Virus record (IMG/VR): IMGVR_UViG_3300045988_171958
Coordinates: 96,001-160,000 of that record
Reading direction: 5' to 3' (one strand)
DNA: 64,000 bases
Source: a virus
Part shown: positions 1 to 7,662 of the stretch, one piece after another
Layout: each line of letters opens with the position of its first letter
How positions within the stretch are numbered: position 1 is the stretch's first letter
Made by a program: the position numbers and the translations under genes
Notes under the pieces: model-generated
Told to the model about the DNA's origin: nothing
What the model saw: the letters and a program-made list of their open reading frames with translations, nothing else
Databases searched by the model: none

Positions 1-640
1 AAGCTACTTCTGGTGTATTATTAGGTCCTATAAAAAAAGAAACAGTATAGTCAGTAGCAGAATCCTTATTTGGTTGGTTTATCCAAGTATTAGAAGAAGA
101 AGAAACTGAAGAACGTACTATATCAAGATAATGATATTGAATATAAGTACTTCCTTCTGATTTGTTTATAGGATAATAAGTTTTATTTGTTATTCCATTA
201 GAATTAGAAATATTTGTAAATAAAAATTTACCTTCATCAAATACAATGTTATTATCTGATTTAGTGTATTGATAAGATGCAAGGATAGGACCAAACTTCA
301 AAGTATAAGTAAGTTCTCTTGCCTTCAAATCAAAAGAACCTGTTCCACCAGCAGGTTCTATTTCAAAAACTTTGTTAGGGTCAAAATCAAAAGTAGATTG
401 CTTGGTAGGATAAGCTGAAGTAACAGATCCTGTCCCTATACTGAAGTCTCCTTGCAAACCACCATCATTAGGATCAGGAACAAATTGCAGGGTGTAAGCA
501 GAGCCTTGGAATTCCAAATTAGACCAGTCCCAAGAAGTACCCCTGAATACAAAAGATCCAAGCTTACTGTTTGTTACTATCTTTGGTAAGGCTTTACTAT
601 CACCCTGAAATACATATCCACTTTGAAGTATTACTGGCAT
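1..640 (-). CDS. hypothetical virion/tail-like protein, N-terminal part (gene runs off left edge)
   Basis: Manual translation of the minus strand from ATG at 640 (MPVILQSGYVFQGDSK...) stays open to position 1. It is absent from the track, presumably because there is no stop in the window. Co-oriented with 693..1409. Confidence 0.55.
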   Translation of the reverse strand, partial: MPVILQSGYVFQGDSKALPKIVTNSKLGSFVFRGTSWDWSNLEFQGSAYTLQFVPDPNDGGLQGDFSIGTGSVTSAYPTKQSTFDFDPNKVFEIEPAGGTGSFDLKARELTYTLKFGPILASYQYTKSDNNIVFDEGKFLFTNISNSNGITNKTYYPINKSEGSTYIQYHYLDIVRSSVSSSSNTWINQPNKDSATDYTVSFFIGPNNTPEVA

Positions 641-692
641 TTGATTTTGAAGTTCAATGTTTATTTATATAAAAATTGAACTTGAAAGAAAT

Positions 693-1409
693 TTAATGTT
701 CAACTGGTATACCATTTATTTGTGTAATACTATCGATTATTTCAAAAAATTGATATCTATCTCCTTCATCTTTATTAATTATCTCTTCATCATTATCATA
801 ATTTGTTATATCCACAGATGTACTTGTATAACCAATATATGTTTCTTTAGATGAACTTAAATAGGTATATAATGTATCATTATTTTGGGTATAATATGTT
901 TGACTACTTGTATAATATATCCATTTATAATAATTATAAGATACATATATACTAAATCCAGGATTATCACTATCATCAAAAGATAATGTTTTTGAAGTAT
1001 TATCACTATAATATGCTACTACCTTGATACATTTATAATCCGATATATTTATCGTTCCATATTCTATTCCACCTGTATTAGTATATTGTGAATCATCATA
1101 ATTGTATGATGGGCCATTTATTATAGATATAACATATTTTGTAATAGTAACTTTTGGTTTATTCCATTTAAATTCACATTTTATACCATGATATTCTGTT
1201 GTACATGAATATGGTAAATCTAATGGCTTGGATATCCAATTAGCAGTGTCAATAGAATAATTACCATTTTTATCTGGATATTCTATAAATAAACTATGTT
1301 CAAATAGATCGTTTGGTAGTCCAGTCAAATTTCCATCATAAACTTCTTTATCTCCTGATTTAGTATATGCTCTTGCTGATAATTTTCCTAACCCATACAT
1401 TTCTGGCAT
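693..1409 (-). CDS. hypothetical structural (fibre-like?) protein
   Basis: 238-aa ORF, rich in Asn/Tyr/Ser. It starts MP like the downstream neighbour. No recognisable motif. Confidence 0.6.
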   Translation of the reverse strand: MPEMYGLGKLSARAYTKSGDKEVYDGNLTGLPNDLFEHSLFIEYPDKNGNYSIDTANWISKPLDLPYSCTTEYHGIKCEFKWNKPKVTITKYVISIINGPSYNYDDSQYTNTGGIEYGTINISDYKCIKVVAYYSDNTSKTLSFDDSDNPGFSIYVSYNYYKWIYYTSSQTYYTQNNDTLYTYLSSSKETYIGYTSTSVDITNYDNDEEIINKDEGDRYQFFEIIDSITQINGIPVEH

Positions 1410-1645
1410 AATATTTCATAAATAATGCTTAAGGGAACATAAGTAAAAACATAGGGAAGTTCCCTCTATTCTACATAACTCTTCATGTTGCACTTTTATA
1501 ACATGTCACATATAATTATGTTCATTAGCAATTCATAAAATTACAACGAGTCAGTAGCGATTCATTGATTTGTAGCTATATAAAAATAAATATGAAGTAC
1601 ATCATGTACACTATTTAATATATATTAAAGGTAGATTAAAATAAT

Positions 1646-1681
1646 TTTGAAATTTCTAAAACCTATTCTATATTTTAAATG
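1646..1681 (+). promoter_or_regulatory. class-I consensus phage promoter
   Basis: tttgaaatttctaaaacctattctatatt. TTCTATATT starts 20 nt after TTTG and G lies at +35. 24 nt upstream of the 1705 CDS. Confidence 0.7.
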
Positions 1682-1704
1682 TAAAAAATTTAAGACATAT
1701 AATT

Positions 1705-2160
1705 ATGCTTATAAATACAGAAAAGAAAAAGAAAGAAATAGAAGAATTCATTAATGACAAGATTCTTCATAAACAGCCAATATTTGTATATTTCAGATAT
1801 ATTCCTTCAAATCGTACGCTTATTATCAAAAAGGAAAATATTCTGAAGATTAATCCTAATTTGGTTGATGTGAATTCAAAAGAATGGATTGATGAAGATT
1901 ATCCTATTCAGTCTGATGTTCATTTCAATCAGAATTTTGGTAATATTGATGCTATCCATATTCTCGATTCTTTAGATAAGAGAATTAAAGATGAGGTATC
2001 AGAAAATTTCAAATTAGACATGAAATATATCAATAGAAGTTTCATCAATGACAATTTCTATTTGAATGTATTGTTTGATTCTGAAATTGAAGCTTACAAG
2101 AATGAACTCTATAATGAGATTGTAAGTATTAAAGATAAGTTGAACTTTCTAAATTATTAG
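1705..2160 (+). CDS. hypothetical protein
   Basis: 151-aa ORF, first gene behind the promoter at 1646. Confidence 0.7.
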   Translation: MLINTEKKKKEIEEFINDKILHKQPIFVYFRYIPSNRTLIIKKENILKINPNLVDVNSKEWIDEDYPIQSDVHFNQNFGNIDAIHILDSLDKRIKDEVSENFKLDMKYINRSFINDNFYLNVLFDSEIEAYKNELYNEIVSIKDKLNFLNY

Positions 2161-2163
2161 TAC

Positions 2164-2613
2164 ATGTTTATTAATACAAATACAATTGAAGCAGTAAAGC
2201 TTACTTATAAAGACAGATATTCAGTAAAGAATTTGTTGAATTCAGATAATGATATTCGAATTTGTGTATCGAAATATCCTAGCAATTATCGGGTTTTAGA
2301 TGGTTGTTGGATTGTCAGTATGCCAGCTCATTACTTTGTAAAGAAGTATCTTTATAGTGATGATCCTGAAATTGCTATTGATACAGAATTGGATGTTACT
2401 TCTCGTCATGATGTGTTTGATATTCTCAATAAGTTCATGAATCCTTACAATCTTCGAAATGACCATACAGTAGAAGATTTGAATGAACATTGGAATTTTA
2501 CAATTTTGGATGCAGAAGATATTCAGCATATCATTGATGCATACCACAACTATCTTGAAGTTGTAAAAAATGAGGTAGATAAGCAGATTTGGAAACTTGC
2601 TAACGGTAAATAA
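2164..2613 (+). CDS. hypothetical protein
   Basis: 149-aa ORF, tightly packed (3-nt gap). Confidence 0.7.
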   Translation: MFINTNTIEAVKLTYKDRYSVKNLLNSDNDIRICVSKYPSNYRVLDGCWIVSMPAHYFVKKYLYSDDPEIAIDTELDVTSRHDVFDILNKFMNPYNLRNDHTVEDLNEHWNFTILDAEDIQHIIDAYHNYLEVVKNEVDKQIWKLANGK

Positions 2614-2621
2614 GATATACT

Positions 2622-2816
2622 ATGATATACAAGATGATTGAAGATGACAAATGGGAGTATCGTACACAAATTGTAACAGTGCATGATATTTCTTATGACC
2701 AAGTAGATAGTAAGCTAGATGGTGCTGATGGGTGGGAAGCATTTAGTGTAGAACACATGTATGATGATAAGTTTGTGGTATTTTTGAAGAGAAAATACAA
2801 AGAAGTAGAGAAGTAA
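2622..2816 (+). CDS. hypothetical small protein
   Basis: 64-aa ORF in a co-directional packed array. Confidence 0.55.
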   Translation: MIYKMIEDDKWEYRTQIVTVHDISYDQVDSKLDGADGWEAFSVEHMYDDKFVVFLKRKYKEVEK

Positions 2817-2821
2817 AAATT

Positions 2822-3502
2822 ATGACGTATCGTAATAATAATCCAGTTTTCATGTATCCAAAGGATCCAAAGAAAAGAATTTGGCTAACTAATTATGCAG
2901 GTATTGTTGATGCAGATTGGAAAGAAAAATGTTGTACTCCTATCATATTTCTTGATATTGATGGTGTATTGAATAGTGGTGATTGGGCAGAAGAATTGTA
3001 CAAGAATCCAAATCCTAATTATCACAATTGGTGTGATCCTAAGACTGTTGATAGATTGATTGAATTTTTGCAATCAACAGGTTTCATGCTGGTATTGTCA
3101 TCATCTTGGAGAAGGTCAGGTAATATCTATGAAACATTCAAATCTTTAGATAGCATACCATATTTGAATAAGATATCTCCTTATATCATAGGACAAACTT
3201 GCAGATTGAATTTAGGTAGAACAAATGGTAAGCGTTGGTGTCGTGGTGATGAAATCAAAGTATGGGTTGATGAGTTCAAACCAAGCTACTATATGATTGT
3301 CGATGATGATACTGATATGTTGATAGAGCAATTTCCAAGGCTTATACAAACAGATCCAGAACATGGATTGACAGATGATGACTTGGTTAAATTGAAAAAT
3401 CAATTAGCATTAATATGCAATAAAGCTTGGAAAGAGAAATTTGACTTTTCTTTTGGTGACAGAATATTGATGTATAATTATACTACGAAATCTTATGAGT
3501 GA
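2822..3502 (+). CDS. HAD-superfamily phosphatase-like protein (type seen in RNA-repair contexts)
   Basis: IIFLDIDGVLNS (HAD motif I DxDG), SSSWR (motif II), MIVDDDTD (motif IV). Confidence 0.7.
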   Translation: MTYRNNNPVFMYPKDPKKRIWLTNYAGIVDADWKEKCCTPIIFLDIDGVLNSGDWAEELYKNPNPNYHNWCDPKTVDRLIEFLQSTGFMLVLSSSWRRSGNIYETFKSLDSIPYLNKISPYIIGQTCRLNLGRTNGKRWCRGDEIKVWVDEFKPSYYMIVDDDTDMLIEQFPRLIQTDPEHGLTDDDLVKLKNQLALICNKAWKEKFDFSFGDRILMYNYTTKSYE

Positions 3503-3833
3503 TAAGACAATACGAAATTTTGCAATAATTTTCTTCACATCTTTGTTCATATATTTAGGGTACACAAGATGTATCATTGGTACCCAAACCAAAACCCAAT
3601 GTATTGAACAAAGATTTAATTATGATCCTTATGTTGGTGAAACTCCTGTATACAACAATACATTGACTACATTTCAGGTGACTTATAAAGATGGAACAAA
3701 GAATAAAGTGAATGCTGCTTCTGTCATATATGGACAGACAAATGACAACATTTACTTTCTTGGAAACAATAGAGATACTCTATATATTATGCCTAAGATA
3801 AATGTAGAAGAAGTAAAGACTTTATCTAAATGA
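3495..3833 (+). CDS. small membrane-anchored protein
   Basis: 112 aa with an N-terminal hydrophobic helix FAIIFFTSLFIYLGY. 8-nt overlap with the upstream gene. Confidence 0.6.
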   Translation: MSDKTIRNFAIIFFTSLFIYLGYTRCIIGTQTKTQCIEQRFNYDPYVGETPVYNNTLTTFQVTYKDGTKNKVNAASVIYGQTNDNIYFLGNNRDTLYIMPKINVEEVKTLSK

Positions 3834-3834
3834 T

Positions 3835-3870
3835 TTTGAAATTTCTTTAAACTTTTCTATATTAAATTTG
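3835..3870 (+). promoter_or_regulatory. class-I consensus phage promoter
   Basis: tttgaaatttctttaaacttttctatatt with +20 geometry and G at +35. Followed by leader hairpins (tttgttc/gaacaaa and atgcaa/ttgcat). Confidence 0.7.
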
Positions 3871-3939
3871 TTCAAAGAACAAATCACTGATGCAATTCAG
3901 TTGCATTTTATATATGTCAAATAAAAATTAATAATTGTT

Positions 3940-4134
3940 ATGATGAATAGAAAAGACATGGTTAAAGTTGCTGACGAAAGCGTTGAAGGTGCTAACATTT
4001 ACAAGTCAAAGATTGGAATGCTTTATATAGAAGATTCTAATGGTTGTCTTCGAATTTTGAACCCAGAAGATTCTTTCCAAGGAAAATATTATCCTAAATA
4101 CAGCAATATTGTTTTTGAAAGTAAAATAAGATGA
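3940..4134 (+). CDS. hypothetical small protein
   Basis: 64-aa ORF behind the promoter at 3835. Confidence 0.55.
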   Translation: MMNRKDMVKVADESVEGANIYKSKIGMLYIEDSNGCLRILNPEDSFQGKYYPKYSNIVFESKIR

Positions 4135-4143
4135 TTTGTCATC

Positions 4144-4284
4144 ATGAATAAAAAAGATAAAGTTGAATGTGATGATATGTACAAACCTTGGCATGTTTTA
4201 AACAGAAGATTTCAATGGTTATCATCATATTATAAATCCTTAAATAAAGAAAAATGGTTAAAGAAAGTTTACAGCAAAAGTTGA
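4144..4284 (+). CDS. possible small ORF (46 aa) below track threshold
   Basis: Manual translation MNKKDKVECDDMYKPWHVLNRRFQW... fills the 4135-4253 gap. It overlaps the next gene by 31 nt. Confidence 0.3.
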   Translation: MNKKDKVECDDMYKPWHVLNRRFQWLSSYYKSLNKEKWLKKVYSKS

Positions 4285-4538
4285 ATCGTCTTCTTAAGAC
4301 AGAAGATGTTGTCAATTTCACTTTTAAGAAGAAGAATGGTGAGCTTAGACATGCTCGTGGTACAAAAAAGATGGATAAAATCGAATCTATTGATGAAGGT
4401 GCCATTCCATCAGGTAAAGGTTCTCCAAAGACTGGTGTGATTGCCTACTTTGATTTAGATAAGTCAGCTTGGCGTTCATTCCAAGAGGAATCATTGGTTT
4501 CTGTTGAAACTCAGGAATCTGATGATATGTTCATTTAA
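4254..4538 (+). CDS. DUF2693/WYL_2-like SH3-fold protein (tentative)
   Basis: 94 aa. The pattern VNFTFKKKNGELRHARGT...VIAYFDLDKSAWRSF resembles that family from memory. Confidence 0.6.
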   Translation: MVKESLQQKLNRLLKTEDVVNFTFKKKNGELRHARGTKKMDKIESIDEGAIPSGKGSPKTGVIAYFDLDKSAWRSFQEESLVSVETQESDDMFI

Positions 4539-4550
4539 AATTCATTTATT

Positions 4551-4820
4551 ATGTACAGAGATAGTTTAAAAAATCATTTGAATGTAGGTGATGTTGTAGT
4601 TTATGGTGACCAAGAAACAAATACTCATCTTGGATATATCATGAAGCTTTGTCCTACTAAAGTAAAGATTCGTTCATTGATTCGTCAATTATATAGTGGG
4701 ACAGATAATGATAATGGTCCTGTTCAAGTTTATGAATCTGGTACTTGTCTTAGATATGCAAAACAATTGACTAAAGTAACTATTCCACATCTTGAGATTG
4801 TATCTAGAGAAGGAGATTAA
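4551..4820 (+). CDS. hypothetical protein
   Basis: 89-aa ORF in a packed array. Confidence 0.6.
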   Translation: MYRDSLKNHLNVGDVVVYGDQETNTHLGYIMKLCPTKVKIRSLIRQLYSGTDNDNGPVQVYESGTCLRYAKQLTKVTIPHLEIVSREGD

Positions 4821-4840
4821 AATTTTAAATTAAATAGATT

Positions 4841-5836
4841 ATGGGAAAGCAAAAGAGATCGGAAAATACATATCAGAAGATTAATACAATCTTCAAGCGT
4901 GATATAAACAATATTATCATGCCTTATGATAGTTTTACTCTTCCTGAGTTTGAATGGTTGAGAAATTGCAAGTTTGATGCTACTATCAAGATTGATGGTA
5001 CAAACATGCGTATTGAAGTTTATCCACAGATTACAGATAAGCTTTGTAATGGTACTGTATCATTGTCATGTGGAATTGCTATTAAGGGTAAGACAGATAA
5101 TGCTAATATTCCACCTATGCTTGATGACTTCATGTGGAAGACTTATGTTTCATCTGATGGTAAGAAGTTAGAAGGTAATGGTGATCTTGTAAGTAAGATT
5201 TTTAAAGCGTTTAGACTTCCAGAATCTTACATGTGTACAAGAGACTTTGAAACTGGATTGAATATTCAAGAGAATGTCGATTGGATGCTTGAACGTGGAT
5301 ATATTAAGAAGTGTGGTTGTCATACTCTCAATCAGAAGCCATTTGATGATCCAGATGCTGTTGTAGTTGATGACTACATGGTTGATGAAGAGAATTGTAC
5401 ATTACCTAAGATGTTTACTATCTATGGTGAAGGTTATGGTAAGAAGATTGGTAAGTCTGGTTGTCGATACCTTAAGGATAGTGTAAGCTTCAGAGCTTTT
5501 GATGTTAAGGTAACTAACCGTGATGGTTCTTCAGTTTATTTGAATATTCCACAGCGAGATGCTATTCTTGATGAGATTGGTATACCTAAGGTAATTAGTC
5601 TTGGTCAGTTTACCATTGATGAAGCTATTGATTATGTTAAGAAGGGTTTCAAGGATCCATTAGCAGAAGATGATAGCTATGTAGCAGAAGGTCTTGTATT
5701 GAAGACACCAGATGGATTGCTTCGTAAGAATGGTGATCGTATCATATTCAAGATCAAGCATGGTGACTTTGAAAAGTACTTGAACAAGTATGGAACATTA
5801 GATAAAGTTGAACAAATTCCTAATCCAAATTATTAA
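4841..5836 (+). CDS. ATP-dependent RNA ligase (Rnl2/Rnl5-like nucleotidyltransferase)
   Basis: Motif I IKIDGTNMRI (KxDGxN adenylylation lysine), YGEGYGKKI, EGLVLK, IFKIKHGDF. Confidence 0.75.
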   Translation: MGKQKRSENTYQKINTIFKRDINNIIMPYDSFTLPEFEWLRNCKFDATIKIDGTNMRIEVYPQITDKLCNGTVSLSCGIAIKGKTDNANIPPMLDDFMWKTYVSSDGKKLEGNGDLVSKIFKAFRLPESYMCTRDFETGLNIQENVDWMLERGYIKKCGCHTLNQKPFDDPDAVVVDDYMVDEENCTLPKMFTIYGEGYGKKIGKSGCRYLKDSVSFRAFDVKVTNRDGSSVYLNIPQRDAILDEIGIPKVISLGQFTIDEAIDYVKKGFKDPLAEDDSYVAEGLVLKTPDGLLRKNGDRIIFKIKHGDFEKYLNKYGTLDKVEQIPNPNY

Positions 5837-5845
5837 AGAGTTTAT

Positions 5846-6181
5846 ATGTTGAAAATTGTTAAGTTGAATCCAAACAAATTAAATTACATGAATCCAGATG
5901 GTTCTATGGTCTCAGTACCAAGACCATCTGCTATTCCATTCAATGTAATCAATATGAATAAGATTAAAGCAACAGGTTATGCCAATGGTATTACGATGGT
6001 GATATTCATGGATGAAAAGTTCAAGCCTGCTGATGAGATTCATTTCTTCAGAATGGTACCTAATGATATAGTAGAAGGTCTTATCAATGGTGTAGCAACC
6101 AAAGTAGATGAATTTCTTAAAAATGCATTAGATGGTGTTTATCCAGATTATGTTGAAGAGAATCGAAATTATTTTATGTAA
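5846..6181 (+). CDS. hypothetical protein
   Basis: 111-aa ORF. Confidence 0.65.
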   Translation: MLKIVKLNPNKLNYMNPDGSMVSVPRPSAIPFNVINMNKIKATGYANGITMVIFMDEKFKPADEIHFFRMVPNDIVEGLINGVATKVDEFLKNALDGVYPDYVEENRNYFM

Positions 6182-6197
6182 TTAAAAAAATGTTAAA

Positions 6198-6554
6198 ATG
6201 GCACTAAAATTTTATGTTAGCTTACCTATGGCTTATCATCAGAAAACAGTAAGAAAGAGATATGATAAAGCTGTAGAAGAAATCAGAAAAGAATATCCAG
6301 ATGCATTAATTTATGGTCCTACCAATATCAACGATTTTGATGAAAATGGTCTAGACCCTAATGCTCCTACACATCCTTGGTCTTGGCACTTAGGTGAAGA
6401 TATTAAAGATTTGCTTGAATGTGATTATATCTATTTGTGTAAAGGATATAATGATTCTAAAGGTTGCCAAGTAGAACATAATGTTGCTAAAGCAATGAGA
6501 ATGGTTATTTGGTATGCTTCAGATGCAGATCAGAAACTTGATCCAGAAGAATAA
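6198..6554 (+). CDS. nucleoside 2-deoxyribosyltransferase-like (DUF4406-type) protein, tentative
   Basis: 118 aa: YVSLPMAYH..., DYIYLCKGYNDSKGCQVEHNVAKAMRMVIWY resembles the DUF4406 pattern. Confidence 0.5.
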   Translation: MALKFYVSLPMAYHQKTVRKRYDKAVEEIRKEYPDALIYGPTNINDFDENGLDPNAPTHPWSWHLGEDIKDLLECDYIYLCKGYNDSKGCQVEHNVAKAMRMVIWYASDADQKLDPEE

Positions 6555-6559
6555 AATAA

Positions 6560-6590
6560 AAGGATGGCTTAATAGCCATCCTTGTTTGGT
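6560..6590. terminator. bidirectional hairpin terminator between convergent genes
   Basis: aaggatggct-taat-agccatcctt, a 10-bp stem followed by gtttgg. It overlaps the stop of the minus-strand small ORF. Confidence 0.6.
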
Positions 6591-6712
6591 ATATATGAAA
6601 TAGATGAACCACATTCATTACATTTTACTATATAAGGGATATGTGCTCTTTTATTGATAGAATATTCTGTCAAATCTATTTCATTACCGCAATTGTTACA
6701 TTTAATCTTCAT
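6569..6712 (-). CDS. small zinc-ribbon protein (47 aa), below track threshold
   Basis: Manual translation MKIKCNNCGNEIDLTEYSINKRAHIPYIVKCNECGSSISYIPNKDGY (CxxC...CxxC). Its start overlaps the NDK stop by 11 nt. Confidence 0.5.
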   Translation of the reverse strand: MKIKCNNCGNEIDLTEYSINKRAHIPYIVKCNECGSSISYIPNKDGY

Positions 6713-7142
6713 CTTTGTCTAGTTCATTATCTATTTTGAAACAGATTTCTGCTTCTCTTTCAACATTTTCTTCAGAATCAGAACTATGCATACAGTTCTT
6801 CATATCATCTTTACCATATTTGTCTCTTACTTCATCTTTTACTTTCTTCAAGTCTTTTATAGGATCTTTACAATCTTTGTAAAGTTTGTAAGCAATACAG
6901 TTACCTGAACTCATATAATGGCAAAGATCATCATAAAAATCTTCCTTTTCATGCACTTTATAAAGGTCCCTTGCTTCATCCAAGTTCATCTTTATAGTCT
7001 TATAGTTAGTGATGTCCCAACCAGCATTTTCTAACATATCTTCAAAATCATCTTGAACATCTAAGAATTCTGGTTTGAGAATTGCGAAGCCATTGAATTT
7101 CTTCTGCATGGCTTCACAAATATAGTTGGTTAAGCTTTTCAT
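6702..7142 (-). CDS. ndk: nucleoside diphosphate kinase with N-terminal MKSLTNYICE leader
   Basis: AILKPEF, YKVHEKEDFYDDLCHYMSSGNCIAY and the active-site block NCMHSSDSEEN (NxxHGSDS). Confidence 0.75.
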   Translation of the reverse strand: MKSLTNYICEAMQKKFNGFAILKPEFLDVQDDFEDMLENAGWDITNYKTIKMNLDEARDLYKVHEKEDFYDDLCHYMSSGNCIAYKLYKDCKDPIKDLKKVKDEVRDKYGKDDMKNCMHSSDSEENVEREAEICFKIDNELDKDED

Positions 7143-7146
7143 TTAC

Positions 7147-7662
7147 TTAGAATTCTTTAAGATACTTTTTAAGATTTTTAATATCTTCCTTTCTGAATTT
7201 TTCATTTGGTACAAGATCGAATCCCCAAGAACATGTACCTTTATCTAATATTTCTTTAATGTCTTTACCGTCCTTTTCACTGTCAATAAGATCTTTATTG
7301 TAAAGAACATAATATTTTACAGATTTGCCACGATACTTACTGTTTGTCTTTATAATAGCAATACCTGTCTTATCAAACTTCATACCATTGTAAAATTCTG
7401 TCTCACTATCAGTATTACCCTTGACTTTAATGCTACTCTTAAGGACTTTAGCAATTTCTACCATGCCACGGATTTGAATACGATATCCATCAGTATCATA
7501 AGCAATACATAATGCCTTTTCACCTGGGTTGAAATTAAAGTCTTCTGATTGGCGTAATCCATCCTTATGTAAGAACATTCCATTTTTATTAGAACCATTA
7601 GTTTGGAATTGTTCTGTTATGTTATTTATGCTTTCATAAATGTAATTAGTTAAACTTTTCAT
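7147..7662 (-). CDS. hypothetical protein with MKSLTNYIYE leader
   Basis: 171 aa. Its start overlaps the stop of the 1160-aa gene by 4 nt. The leader matches the decapeptide family. Confidence 0.7.
   Translation of the reverse strand: MKSLTNYIYESINNITEQFQTNGSNKNGMFLHKDGLRQSEDFNFNPGEKALCIAYDTDGYRIQIRGMVEIAKVLKSSIKVKGNTDSETEFYNGMKFDKTGIAIIKTNSKYRGKSVKYYVLYNKDLIDSEKDGKDIKEILDKGTCSWGFDLVPNEKFRKEDIKNLKKYLKEF

Noticed and set aside
662-669. T4 late-promoter-like TATAAATA (minus strand) 21 nt upstream of the 640 start. TATAAATT occurs at similar distances upstream of the 13244 and 45568 starts.
   Set aside because: Only about 3 of 8 minus-strand gene starts have it. In DNA of about 70% A+T this 8-mer is expected dozens of times by chance in 128 kb of sequence, so it is not distinguishable from background without a genome-wide statistic.
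1450-1471. catagggaagttccctctattc resembles the 5' prefix of GC-rich repeat B (catagggttcccctattc), so it was considered a fifth partial copy.
   Set aside because: It lacks the invariant GCGCCTGGGTCAC core and both arms. The similarity is short and could be coincidental.
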